Positions 50,601 to 60,382 of a stretch of DNA of 64,000 nt are shown piece by piece (the stretch's first letter is position 1; each line of letters opens with the position of its first letter). The translations under genes were made by a program, and so were the position numbers. Source of the DNA: a virus (lineage: Duplodnaviria > Caudoviricetes); the IMG/VR virus record IMGVR_UViG_3300021400_000138, positions 96,001 through 160,000 of that record; one strand, 5' to 3'. Below the pieces are notes generated by a model that saw only the letters and a program-made list of their open reading frames with translations, was not told the DNA's origin and did not search any database.

Positions 50601-51935
50601 AATAGAAGAACCGATATTATTCAACTATTGCAATAAATCAGATAATCCACTTTTATCATCAATAGTGTCAAAACTATTCGAAAGTACCTAAACAGACTCC
50701 ACTAGTTGCTTTATTAATTCTATAAGAGCCTTTATTTCTTCCGATCCCCATGCATCACCTGGTTCAAAGTTTTGAACTGCCTCATTTAGTTTATTTTGAA
50801 TATATTCTACCTTGTCTGCATATTCTTGGTATTCGCGTAGGCGATCTTCCATATTTTCATTACGCAATTTATAATGCTCATCATCACCCGTATTATATGA
50901 ATCAACAGCGTGTTCGTCCCAATACTTAGCATCATCTAATGCCTCATCACGAAGCGCCTGAAGTTCTTTTAATGCCTTCTTATATCTTTCTATCTTTGGA
51001 AGATCCTCATCAATTGTAAACGAATAATCATTGACTTCCCAATCATACTCAATTTTATTCTTCCCTTTATATTGTGATTCTGCTTTTTTCTTTAATTCTT
51101 CAATAGATCTATAAGCTTTCTTTTGTCTTTCTGCCGATTCTTCTGTTGCCTTTGCCGCTTTCTCGGATGACTCCGCTGACTTTTCGCCAGCCTCCTCGGT
51201 TTTCTTCCCTGCATCTTCAGCAGCTTTTCCTTCTTCCTTCATAGAATCCGCTGTGTCTCCCGCAGCTTCTGCGGCTTTTGCCCATTCAATAGTATTGATT
51301 TTCGGGAGTTCTATCTGTGCCTTTTCAAACATTTCAAAGGTAGCACCAGCTTCTTCTCTTAATTCATCAAAATATCCAAAGACTCTTCTAAGATTTTCAA
51401 CTCCAAAAGTATTTCCCTTTTCTGGTTGTAGCGCCTCTAATTCTCGCATCCTATCTACAAATTCTTTTAGCTGTGGACTAACTTCTTCAAGATTGCCACC
51501 AAGTGCCTCAAAAGCATTCGCATATCTGAATACTTCAGTTGACGCTGTATTTTTAGGATCAACCATTTGATCTATAGTAAAGTTATTTTCTTTCTGTATA
51601 TTGCCAAGTTTATTCCATGATTCAATCAAGGAAGCCTAAGCATTATTTTGTGTTTGATAATATTTTTGTGCGTTTGTAACTCCGCGAATTGCGCCTGGTT
51701 CTGAAAGTTTTCTGGAATAGGCTTCCTCCATTCTTCGTTTAATTTCATTTACCTTTTCTTCATTACTTGGATCAAAGTCTATTTTGATTTTAATATTCTC
51801 TACTTTTTTGCTTGTAGCTCTTATTCCTGCTTCAAGCTCATCCGCTTTTTGTATTATTTTGTCTACTTTTTTCGAAAACTAATCATCATTCTTAATAATC
51901 TCGGCAACATCTATATAACCACTTTTCACACCCAT
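26615..51935 (-). CDS. tape measure protein, ~7473 aa; exons 45024-51935, 44527-44709, 42659-42928, 42218-42232, 28972-41966, 26615-28661; TAG=Gln
   Basis: AAGGAGGTG RBS/ATG 51935; track fragments in-frame across TAGs; splicing restores TMP motifs DKLNLVG|NNFAVSTDELA, RTISLRIAG|TEEAK, EALA|GKNRS|NIASSILLN, ALEGL|TDAESKAQKARL. Confidence 0.88.
28662..28971 (-). ncRNA. group I intron A in TMP (310 nt, no ORF)
   Basis: P1 GCCU/GGGC with U.G at splice site; TTCAACGACTA and GATATAGTC P7 strands; terminal G; removal fixes the frame change between 29304-29618 and 28034-28561. Confidence 0.9.
32250..35600 (-). repeat. three ~406-435 aa tandem repeats inside TMP
   Basis: GEEI.F..., DEDALVNE..G.E.I.R.G...E.P.GMH.EHLK.G.VILN recurs; equivalent Gln codons at 34899, 33594, 32376. 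Confidence 0.85.
41967..42217 (-). ncRNA. group I intron B in TMP (251 nt)
   Basis: P1 GGAGU/GCUCC; P10 AATATT pairs with exon start AATATT; CGTAACGATCA / TATGATCT P7; ends GTAACAAAATG. Confidence 0.85.
42234..42659 (-). ncRNA. group I intron C in TMP (426 nt; boundary ambiguous by 1 nt)
   Basis: AATTGCAGGTAA, GCAGCCAAG, TTCAACGACTA, AAGAAATAGTCT core motifs; P1 GGCU/GGCC. Confidence 0.85.
42929..44526 (-). mobile_element. group I intron D in TMP carrying a homing endonuclease (1598 nt)
   Basis: P1 CGGGU/GCCCG; CGTAGAGACTG / ACACAGTCC P7; ends GTAACAGATTG. Confidence 0.88.
43130..44398 (-). CDS. intron-encoded Vsr/DUF559-like (PD-(D/E)XK) homing endonuclease with Zn fingers and NUMOD1-like repeats (422 aa, 4 TAG)
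   Basis: AAAGGAG RBS; CTRC, CSNC; PTDIVNHRLKIAIEVQGQWH...RDNIKKQYWINRGY; YGSYADAARDN repeats; fragments 44030-44428 and 43226-43612 in one frame. Confidence 0.8.
44710..45023 (-). ncRNA. group I intron E in TMP (314 nt, apparently ends in A)
   Basis: P1 AGGU/GCCU; P10 TGTT pairs with exon AACA; CGTAACGACTG / TATACAGTCT P7; ends GTAACAGATCA. Confidence 0.85.
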
Positions 51936-51952
51936 TTACTCACCTCCTTATT

Positions 51953-52606
51953 TTAACTAATATAATCTAAAATTGAATACTGTCCCCAAATATAATCCAT
52001 GGCCTCTTCATATCTTTTCTAAAGAGTGGTTCCGGATCTATTTGGTTTACCGTTTTGATAATTCTATAAATCAATCTCAATCCACTCACTTGGCGGATCT
52101 GACTTCTTCGCAAAATTTCCCCATAATCCATAAGGTTTTAAACCATGGCTTTGTTGATATAGACCAGGAACGGGCGTTCTCCATAAAGGCGCAAGCTTCG
52201 ATCCATAAAACTCAGTTCCTGCATCATCTTTCGGCCCATAGTTTGCACCACCGTGATAGCCCTTTTCAAACATATATTCAAATATATATGCTGGACCAGC
52301 GTCACTTTTGTCAACTCTATATCCAGCAGGATAATAAGAATCTGGAGCCATAACCCAACGTATACGAGATCCTTTTACTTTAATATGATACATATCATAT
52401 AATCTATGTTTTCTATCATAATATTTTGGATCATAATCATCATAATAGTCCTTTACACGACTATCAAATATATCCTAAATATCATCAGCTATTGCATATG
52501 CCGTTTCCTTCGATAATTTCTATATGAATTTTCCATTTTTAAAATCATCAGAAATTTCCTTTAATGCAATTCTGAATTTAGTTAATTCATTAAAAGCATC
52601 TTTCAA
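51953..52606 (-). CDS. tail/neck-associated hypothetical protein (217 aa, TAG-recoded)
   Basis: TTG 52606; YYDDYDPKYYDR..., FEKGYHGGA motifs; immediately upstream of TMP. Confidence 0.65.
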
Positions 52607-52637
52607 AATATCACCACCCTACATTTTGATAATCGTA

Positions 52638-52672
52638 AAAAATGGGGTCAAACTTTCCAGCCCAACCCCATA
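52638..52672 (-). terminator. putative terminator ending the Gln-rich module
   Basis: ATGGGGTT...ACCCCAT inverted repeat followed by T run on minus strand. Confidence 0.5.
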
Positions 52673-52723
52673 TATTAATAATCTACAGCCACAATATATT
52701 ATTTACTTATCAACAAACGTCTA

Positions 52724-53140
52724 TCAATTGTTTCCAATTTGATCAATTAATCTTCTAATTGACTGTTTATCCTGTTCATCCTAAGCTTCATTCATTAAAT
52801 TTTCCAATTTCATAATCATATGATCTTTTGCGTCATCGCGGCTATATCCAGAACGTCCACCTCTACGAGTGTATCCGCTACCACCACGATAACTATTGCC
52901 TCTGTCATTATAGTACCTAGAAGAATACCCACCACGCTGAGAATAATTTCCGCTTGCAAGAGAATATTCATCTTCCGGTACATAAGCGCCCTCTTCAAAC
53001 ATCTCTACTGTACCGATATCTTTTAAAATATCTACCAGTTCGCCAATAACACAAACAGAATCTTTATCCAACTGATTACGATGAGAAATCTATTCAATCT
53101 CATCATATACAAGATCTTTAATTCTATCAAATTCTTTCAT
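52724..53140 (-). CDS. helical protein with G/Y/S/R low-complexity insert (138 aa, 2 TAG)
   Basis: MKEFDRIKDLVYDEIEQ...YSQRGGYSSRYYNDRGNSYRGGSGYTRRGGRSGYSRDD. Confidence 0.8.
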
Positions 53141-53157
53141 CGAAATTCCCCCTCTCT

Positions 53158-53625
53158 TTACCGTGTAACAACCAGATCTGGTCGCGTAATAATAATATTT
53201 GCGTTTTGAACCAGAATAGGCTGATCAGAAGTATTACGTACACTAATTGTTTCACAACATCCGCGCCAAATCTGAGCATTGATTGCCCGAGAAATATTAA
53301 AATATTCTTCAACAGCTGCGGGTGTCGATATCATAGTAGAAGAGGGTATTGTTGTCCCATCAATAGCGATAGCGACCGAAATTGGTCCAACTGTACCGCC
53401 AGTAGGAATTGCAATATTTGCTCCAAAATCAACGAGATAATTTGCACTATCCTTTTGTCTGCAACGGCAACAACCATTATAAGGAACATATCCGCTCAAT
53501 AAGAAACTACCAGTATCATCACGGTGTCTTATCAAACCTCGATTACACGGAACCGGAGATTCAGTGAAGATAATGGATTCTCCGGGATTTACCGTCTAAA
53601 CGGCATTTGCAGAATATTCAGCCAT
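53158..53625 (-). CDS. BclA C-terminal/C1q-like beta-sandwich protein (155 aa, TAG at codon 10)
   Basis: MAEYSANAVQTVNPGESIIFTESPVPCNRG...YLVDFGANIA...ISVRNTS...NANIIITR; fold assignment is inference. Confidence 0.7.
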
Positions 53626-53632
53626 ATAATCA

Positions 53633-54688
53633 TCAACCACCTTTCACATATTTTTCCTGAATATCTTTTAAACTAATTTTATAATATTGTTTTAGAAATT
53701 CATCAAACTGTTCCGGTGTATTATGACCATAGCCATATTCTCGATGAAATAAAACATGAATCTCTTTAGATATTAAAATACCAGAATAAGAATCATGCTT
53801 CTAAACTATCTTGTTTAATAGCTCTTTATATTCTGTTTCATTAACGAAATCGCTAATCTTTGCTCTTTTGCTTTCAATATCTATATCCAATTCAACTACA
53901 GCTTCTTGAAAAATAGTGCTTAAAGAAATTAGATGATGAATATCTGCATTTATCCCATATTCTCCAGAAATAGGGCATACCTTATAACAATTACGTATGT
54001 CATTTTTCCAAATAGTAAGTGCTTGTCTAATATTATCTTCCAATAGTGAAATACCACCTTTATAATTCCAATGATTTTTCCCACTTCTAGCTTCAATTGC
54101 ACACTAATTACAACTAGAACAGTGCTGTAAAAATTGAGATAATATCAGTTGACACTTATGTCCATTTTGACACAAACATTCTACCGGAGTATACGCGTTT
54201 TTATATTCACCAATAATTTTATAACCTTTCTAAGAAAAAATATATTTTGCGTCTTCGGCTGTATATTTTGTTTTAGCTTTAATTAAAGCCATATGTCCAC
54301 ACTCAGGACAACGATCTTGTCCAGATGTAAACTTCTTTAACGATTTTTCGAATATATTTCCACAACTACATTTTATCAGTAATTTTGAATCAGAATTCTT
54401 ATAATCTCCCTAAACATATTCACAGCCATGATCTCTTATAATATCGATAACATGATCCAACGAAAATCTATTTTTTTCAGAAGCTATTTCATGCGAACAT
54501 TTCTCACACCAAATCCTTCCACGATTAATGTGTTCAAAATCTCTTTCAAAAATCTTACCACATTTTCCACATTTTAATTTCAAAAGAGTACTGCTATTAA
54601 CATACTCCGTTGATAACAACTCTGTTGTACCATTTGAAAGTTCAAATATTCTTTGTCTTACTTCATCGATAGTTTTTCTTTTTGGCAT
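53633..54688 (-). CDS. free-standing HNH endonuclease with Zn-ribbon repeats (351 aa, TAG-recoded)
   Basis: repeated LLSTEYVNS...KCGKCG...WCEKC; ADIHHL...IHVLFHREYG..HNTPEQF. Confidence 0.8.
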
Positions 54689-54717
54689 AATACACCTCTT
54701 AATTTTATATGACTAAA

Positions 54718-55446
54718 TTAATTACTGCATCCGCAACCATAGTTCATTCCAAAACAATTATTTTGAGGTACGATATATGCGGGAACGGGTACGGGGTTCA
54801 GATACTGTTCAAGAGCTAATGTCTGTGCAGCATTATCAGCAAGAATCCGTCCAGTCTGGGCTGTCTGAGAGGCGGCAAGATTAGCCATTGCAAGTTGCTG
54901 CTGGAGATTAGCAATCTGCTCGTTCTTAGCATCAATTTTGTCCTGGCACATCTGATCGAGAATTCTCTGGGTAGAAGCAGTGTTGGCGGCAATTACGTCA
55001 CGAAGTGCGTCACTTACAGCTGCTCTGTCTGCACATGCTTCCTAAGCAATGGTAGCACCAAGATTGGCCGTGGCCAATCTTTGCTCACAACAACATGATT
55101 GCTGATTCATAGCAATTGTATTCATCTGGTTGGTAATATTTGCAAGACTATTTGCACGAGAAATTTCTGCATTAGCAAAACCATTAGAGATAGCAGAAGT
55201 AATACCATTAATTCCAGAAATAACAGCTGCTTGATCAAATCCAGACTAAACATCATTCGCTGTTGCATACGGAGGCATATAACCCATTCCCATCTAACCG
55301 CCGCCAAATCCGTTGTTTCCCCAACCATTATTGGCAAAGATGAGAAGAATAAGAAGCCACCATGCACCATTGTTGCCACCAAAACCATCATTGTTGTTGC
55401 CCATAACAGCCGCCAGATCAGCGGCACTCATTTCAGAATTCATCAT
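54718..55446 (-). CDS. Gly/Asn-rich TM + Gln/Ala coiled coil + Cys-rich protein (242 aa, 3 TAG)
   Basis: GFGGNNGAWWLLILLIFANNGWG, DVQSGFDQ, QQSCCCE, NPVPVPAY...CGCSN. Confidence 0.8.
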
Positions 55447-55622
55447 AATGATTTCCTCCCTTTCTTAGAAAAATTAGGTTGATATAATATGGCTGTAAAT
55501 ATTAATACCGAAATCAAAATGATCAGATATTATTTATATTTATATAAAAATATATTAATAATCATTAATAGTCAAACATTTTCAAATATTAAAACACTCA
55601 TTAATAATTTTCTTTAAGTGAG

Positions 55623-57686
55623 TTAAGATGGTGTATTATCAACAGGTGTTCCGTTTAGATAATAGCAACTATCAAAATGTGTTTTTTCCGGTCTATTATC
55701 TGTCACTGTACTATGTCCAACACGAAATACACAATTTGCAAATTGAATACCGCCACCATTCTCAATAAAAATTGGAGTATAACTACCGAAATTGCAATTA
55801 GATAAAATAATTCCTTGAGAAGAAGCTAACTTGATTTTCCCATAGAATATTGAACATCCATTAAATATCTCGCCAGCTCCCATAGCATTTATATCAAGGG
55901 CATACCCATCTCCACGTCTCCCACTGTCATAATCTTTTGAACCAGTGTGATTAATTGTACAGCCTACAAATGCTCCATGACTATTATTGTTATAATTTCC
56001 TGAAGAATTATCCATTAAAACGCCATGCATATTTGTACTAAAATCACAATTTACAAATACATTATTTCCTCCATTATTTATAGCTCCGTAGTAGTTTTCA
56101 AAGAAGCCTGATCCAGATATCCTATGAAATTCAGCAATTTTACCAAGTGCAATACCTGCATTACAATTTCGTACAAAAATGTTATTAATATAACATCCGC
56201 CCTGCGGATTGTATCCTGTTCCAGATATATATATACCCGTTCCAGCAATACTACTTATACGAACATTTTCAACTTCACAACGGAAACGCTGAGAATCACT
56301 TGATCCTGTACCCTGAATTTTAATACCACAAGGTACAGAAGACGCTAATTCCCATTCAGAAGATGGAATTATATCTGTTAAAGAACCATATATCGCCAGA
56401 TTTTTTATTTTTGCATCGACAGACAAACTAACCATATAGTTAGACGTTGGATTTGATGTTTTAATTAGTCGTGTATTATTCCCACATCCTTCAATTGACT
56501 TATTTGCATTAATATCAATTTTATCAATATAATAATCACCCGGTGCAAGTCTGCATATATTTTTTGCTACCAGAATTCCTTCAATTTCTGGTCCACGATT
56601 ATTTAATGTACCGTCTGGAAATATGTCATAGCCTGTATATAATGGATCATTGTTAATAGTAACCCATTCTGACCAAACATTATTAACCATAACCCGTATA
56701 TACATTATTTTTTTCGTTGCATAATTAAATGGCAGTCCTAGTTGAAAAAAATGACCTTGAGTGTTGTTCGTAAATGAAACAATACATATACCATTTGCAG
56801 TAGGAAGATGCGCAAATCCAGCAGAAATCGCGTTAGTATGCACAGACACAATGGAATTAACTGGCAAGTCATCACAGTCAGAATAAGTTGATTCCATATT
56901 ACCAGCGGTTATAATCAATTCAGAAGATTGAATCGCACGGGGATTAAAAATGTTTAATGAGTATGGTACATAGCCAGAAGCGGCGTTACCTTTTTCTATT
57001 TGAAATTGTTTGATATCCCATATTGTTTTGCTATTATTACTGTATGCAATGACTATCCTTGATACTGTTTTTCCTGCTGTGGTAGTTCCGTACTTGTACA
57101 GATACGTACTCTGCGAATTGGAAAACTGGAACAGCAATGATGATGTGTTATCTGTATAGAAAGCATATACCCCCAAGCCATTATTTGTAAGCGCACTTGT
57201 TGTCTTTGCCTGCAAAGAAACAGTATACTGCTGTCCGGCTTCGTACTCTACTCCGTATATGTCACCATAAGTGTAAAGGGTATGAGGAAGAGCACTGAAA
57301 GTATCTCCATCTACAGTTATATTGGGTTTTGTCTTAAGTTTTTTTATGTCAAAAAGATTTACTCCCGTCTTTGATATCTGACTTATATCGTCTATTAAGT
57401 TTTCTATATTCTGATCTAAATCATCCCTTAAAGAAGAGACATCACTCACCAAACTACTATAATCCTCTGGAATACTATTCAAAATTTCTTGTGCCTGTTC
57501 AGCATAATATTTACTATTATCTTGATACCCAGGCTCTGTAGAAGATACCGCAATACCATTCCTAGTTCCCTTCGCATATGCCTCTGCATCATAAGTTATT
57601 TTTTCTCCCATTACATCAACGTTTACATAATTCCCAGTAATAGGATCCTTATATTTCACCGCATTCGGTTTTAAAGTAATAGGCAT
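55623..57686 (-). CDS. tailspike-like beta-helix (pectate-lyase fold) protein with carbohydrate-binding-like domain
   Basis: fibre-type N-terminus (DNSKYYAEQA), LAPGDYYI...SIEGCG, repeated N/G/C beta-helix rungs; no TAG in 687 codons. Confidence 0.75.
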   Translation of the reverse strand: MPITLKPNAVKYKDPITGNYVNVDVMGEKITYDAEAYAKGTRNGIAVSSTEPGYQDNSKYYAEQAQEILNSIPEDYSSLVSDVSSLRDDLDQNIENLIDDISQISKTGVNLFDIKKLKTKPNITVDGDTFSALPHTLYTYGDIYGVEYEAGQQYTVSLQAKTTSALTNNGLGVYAFYTDNTSSLLFQFSNSQSTYLYKYGTTTAGKTVSRIVIAYSNNSKTIWDIKQFQIEKGNAASGYVPYSLNIFNPRAIQSSELIITAGNMESTYSDCDDLPVNSIVSVHTNAISAGFAHLPTANGICIVSFTNNTQGHFFQLGLPFNYATKKIMYIRVMVNNVWSEWVTINNDPLYTGYDIFPDGTLNNRGPEIEGILVAKNICRLAPGDYYIDKIDINANKSIEGCGNNTRLIKTSNPTSNYMVSLSVDAKIKNLAIYGSLTDIIPSSEWELASSVPCGIKIQGTGSSDSQRFRCEVENVRISSIAGTGIYISGTGYNPQGGCYINNIFVRNCNAGIALGKIAEFHRISGSGFFENYYGAINNGGNNVFVNCDFSTNMHGVLMDNSSGNYNNNSHGAFVGCTINHTGSKDYDSGRRGDGYALDINAMGAGEIFNGCSIFYGKIKLASSQGIILSNCNFGSYTPIFIENGGGIQFANCVFRVGHSTVTDNRPEKTHFDSCYYLNGTPVDNTPS

Positions 57687-57688
57687 AT

Positions 57689-57997
57689 TTAAACACCTCC
57701 TTTATTAAGTTGGCCCATCACTTGATTTGCCATCTGACTTGCTTGATTCAATTGATTTACATTTCCATTCATACTCAGATAATTAATAATCTGTTGAGGA
57801 TTATTGCGAACTGATTGTAAATCATTATATTGCTGCTAATTAATTTTTCCATTATTAAATAAAATATCTAAAATTTTGCCAGGATCATTTTGAATCTACC
57901 TATATTGGCTTATTAATCCCAGTATTCCATTATTCCCACCAGAACGCATTCCTAAGGATTGATTATTTCCAAATTTATTAAACAAGGGGTTTGCCAT
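57689..57997 (-). CDS. Gln/Asn-rich small protein (102 aa, 2 TAG)
   Basis: MANPLFNKFG...NDPGKILDILFNNGKINQQQYN...NNPQQII; missed by the ORF track. Confidence 0.75.
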
Positions 57998-57998
57998 A

Positions 57999-58583
57999 TC
58001 ACTTATTCCCCTTTCTTTGTTGATTATTTGTTTGTTGTGGTTTACTAAAATTTGTTATTCTATTTTCGATATCTTTAACCTGTCCACTTAAATTATCCAG
58101 ATGATCATTCAGTTGATTAAACTGGTCCTCTGTAACATATGCACTAAGATTACTTAAACGATCATTTAAAGAAGAAAATTGTTCATTCAACGTATCAAGC
58201 TAATCTTTCGTTGCATATTCTACTGGCGGGGCAGAAGCATATGCGGCATTAACATTTTTATCACCATTTGATCGTTCCGTATAATCAAGCACTGTAACTT
58301 CTGGTTTTCCAGAAGCATCAACAGATTTTATATATATTACAGGTTCCTCCGAATCAAAGAAAACCATTTTTCCACCATTAGGAACATATTGTGCCTTAAC
58401 CGAGTTTTCACCCTGTATCCATATCAAATTTGTATTAGGAACATTTGAAGGCTGAGAATAAGATGGCATCGCGGGTTGTTGCTACCAATTTCGCGCCATA
58501 TAAGCCGGGGTATTTACCACTGTTGGCTGCACACTTTGATAATACATATTTGGCTGATAAGAAAATCCATTATAATTATCCAT
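57999..58583 (-). CDS. Gln/Pro/Tyr-rich N-terminus + small beta domain + coiled coil (194 aa, 2 TAG)
   Basis: LIWIQGENSVKAQYV...FFDSEEPVIYIKSVDASGKP; joins track ORFs 58200-58469 and 57999-58190. Confidence 0.8.
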
Positions 58584-58968
58584 TGTCATCCTCCTTCTTT
58601 TTATAATAATAAATTACTACTTCATCACTAGAATCCCAGGAATCATATACATTTCCGTCATCAACTGCAACGGCATGCGTTCCAGTGGCAACTATATATT
58701 TTCCATCCTTATGATCTAAACAAAACTACCTCAACGTATAACAATCAGGACAAGTATTTGGAAGATTCTCCCTAATATATCCTTTAGATTTAAGATAAGA
58801 TCCCCATACATAATTTGAGGATGGCATATCATATAGATTATAAGCTTCCACCATCAATTCAGTAAAAGTTTCCTCCCACGACTAATTTTCGATTCTACAA
58901 ATAGCCCTGATTACACAATCACCAACCATTTTGTTCCCAGGATTTGGATTATAAAAAACATAACTCAC
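58576..58968 (-). CDS. papain-like Cys-His-Asp peptidase/transglutaminase-fold protein (130 aa, 2 TAG)
   Basis: YNPNP...VGDCVIRAI...GTHAVAVDDGNVYDSWDS; GTG start with GAGGTG RBS; missed by the ORF track. Confidence 0.72.
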
Positions 58969-58995
58969 ATAATCACCTCTTGAATAATCAATAAA

Positions 58996-59406
58996 TTAAA
59001 TAGAATATTTATTGGTAAATAGATCATCGGTTACCATTTGGATAACCATATTAAATTCCTTCAATTCACGTTGATCAATATCATCAATAATATAATCAAA
59101 TATTTTTCGCTCATTTAACTTATCAAAATCAGATATAGAATTATTTTTATTAATTCGTTCTATGTCAGTATATGCATCAAACAATGCCATACATGTAGTA
59201 ATATACTTATTTACAGAATCAACATGTATGATACATTTCTCCTCGTCAGATTCTATTGTAAAAGATTTATCAATAATGCTATTTGCAATTTTTACTTTCT
59301 TTTCGATTGGAATATATATGTCCTTAACATGACTTTTTATAAAGTTATACTTTTCACCATCTGCCTGTTTTTGATCAAAAAATTTTAAAAAAATATCAAT
59401 CTTCAT
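58996..59406 (-). CDS. hypothetical protein, paralogue of 59403-59927
   Basis: shares HVDS..K, YTDIER, EFN motifs. Confidence 0.65.
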   Translation of the reverse strand: MKIDIFLKFFDQKQADGEKYNFIKSHVKDIYIPIEKKVKIANSIIDKSFTIESDEEKCIIHVDSVNKYITTCMALFDAYTDIERINKNNSISDFDKLNERKIFDYIIDDIDQRELKEFNMVIQMVTDDLFTNKYSI

Positions 59407-59927
59407 CTATTAGAAACTTCCTTTAATGCGTTAATCAAATCGTCTGTATTCATATTACTAAGTACTGGTGCCAAAGTATTTCCAACAAGTGTCCCAAATC
59501 TTTCAACCTGAGATTTAATAAATTCATGCGGTTCATATTCATTTGCCAGCGTATCCTTTGCAACACACTCAATAATAGTATTAAATTCATCCGCCTCAAC
59601 AGAATTTACACCCGCCATAATTTTGGCAAGTGCGCCACATTTTTGAAGCATATCATATTCTTCGAGAATTGGATCTTCTTCGCCTCGCTCAATATCTGTA
59701 TACATATCTACAAAAGAAATCTTTGTTAACATCATTTTTACACAAGAATCAATATGAAGTTTCTTTGTTTTATTTTCATCTCCTGTTTCAATATAATATG
59801 AAGAATTGATAATGGCATCCGCTCGTGCCATTTTTTCACTTAACGATACATATTTATTGGCCAAAATATGGTCATTCAAAATAAGCGAATTCTCAGTATA
59901 TGCATTTACAAAATCTTTATAATTCAT
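59403..59927 (-). CDS. hypothetical protein (possible tail assembly chaperone)
   Basis: 174 aa, AAGGAGG RBS, HIDS..K, YTDIER. Confidence 0.65.
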   Translation of the reverse strand: MNYKDFVNAYTENSLILNDHILANKYVSLSEKMARADAIINSSYYIETGDENKTKKLHIDSCVKMMLTKISFVDMYTDIERGEEDPILEEYDMLQKCGALAKIMAGVNSVEADEFNTIIECVAKDTLANEYEPHEFIKSQVERFGTLVGNTLAPVLSNMNTDDLINALKEVSNR

Positions 59928-59939
59928 AAAATCCTCCTT

Positions 59940-60092
59940 TTAATCGTCGTAATAATCTCGCATTTTTCGTGCGGATTTTCTGTCTCGTTCTCTATCACTC
60001 TCATCAATCTACTCATAAATAAGTTCCATTTCTTCTTCATCAATAAGATCACTAAGTTGCGATAGATCAATGTCTTTAATGTATTTACTCAT
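59940..60092 (-). CDS. small acidic protein (50 aa, 1 TAG)
   Basis: GGAG RBS, MSKYIKDIDLSQLSDLIDEEEMELIYEQIDES... Confidence 0.5.
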
Positions 60093-60186
60093 ATATTCAT
60101 TTCTCCAATATATAGAAATATTGCACCTCATATGCTATAATCATTTTGTAACCCGTCAACCCAGATTAATAGAAAGGAGGTGCAAT

Positions 60187-60324
60187 ATGCAACTTGTACT
60201 TGCTATTACCTTCCTTGAAGTACTGAGATAGTTAATCAAACTAGTTATTGTACACACAATTATTAACCATCCAGAACTGTCAAAGGAATAGGTTGAGGCT
60301 ATGACTTCTATGTATAAACATTGA
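60187..60324 (+). CDS. small hydrophobic protein, type I toxin-like (45 aa, 2 TAG)
   Basis: AGAAAGGAGG RBS; MQLVLAITFLEVLRQLIKLVIVHTIINHPELSKEQVEAMTSMYKH; extended -10 TGCTATAAT at 60133-60141; terminator follows. Confidence 0.6.
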
Positions 60325-60348
60325 GCCTCAATTCTTTAATCTCACACT

Positions 60349-60382
60349 TCACCGTAGTCTCCCGAAGGCTGCGGTGATTTTA
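60349..60382. terminator. terminator between convergent genes
   Basis: TCACCGTAGTCT-cccg-AAGGCTGCGGTGA-TTTT. Confidence 0.65.

Noticed and set aside
11075-52606. Fragmented tail ORFs as pseudogenes of a decayed prophage
   Set aside because: Breaks are all TAG in a constant frame; random decay would give TAA/TGA and frameshifts. The only frame changes coincide with introns.
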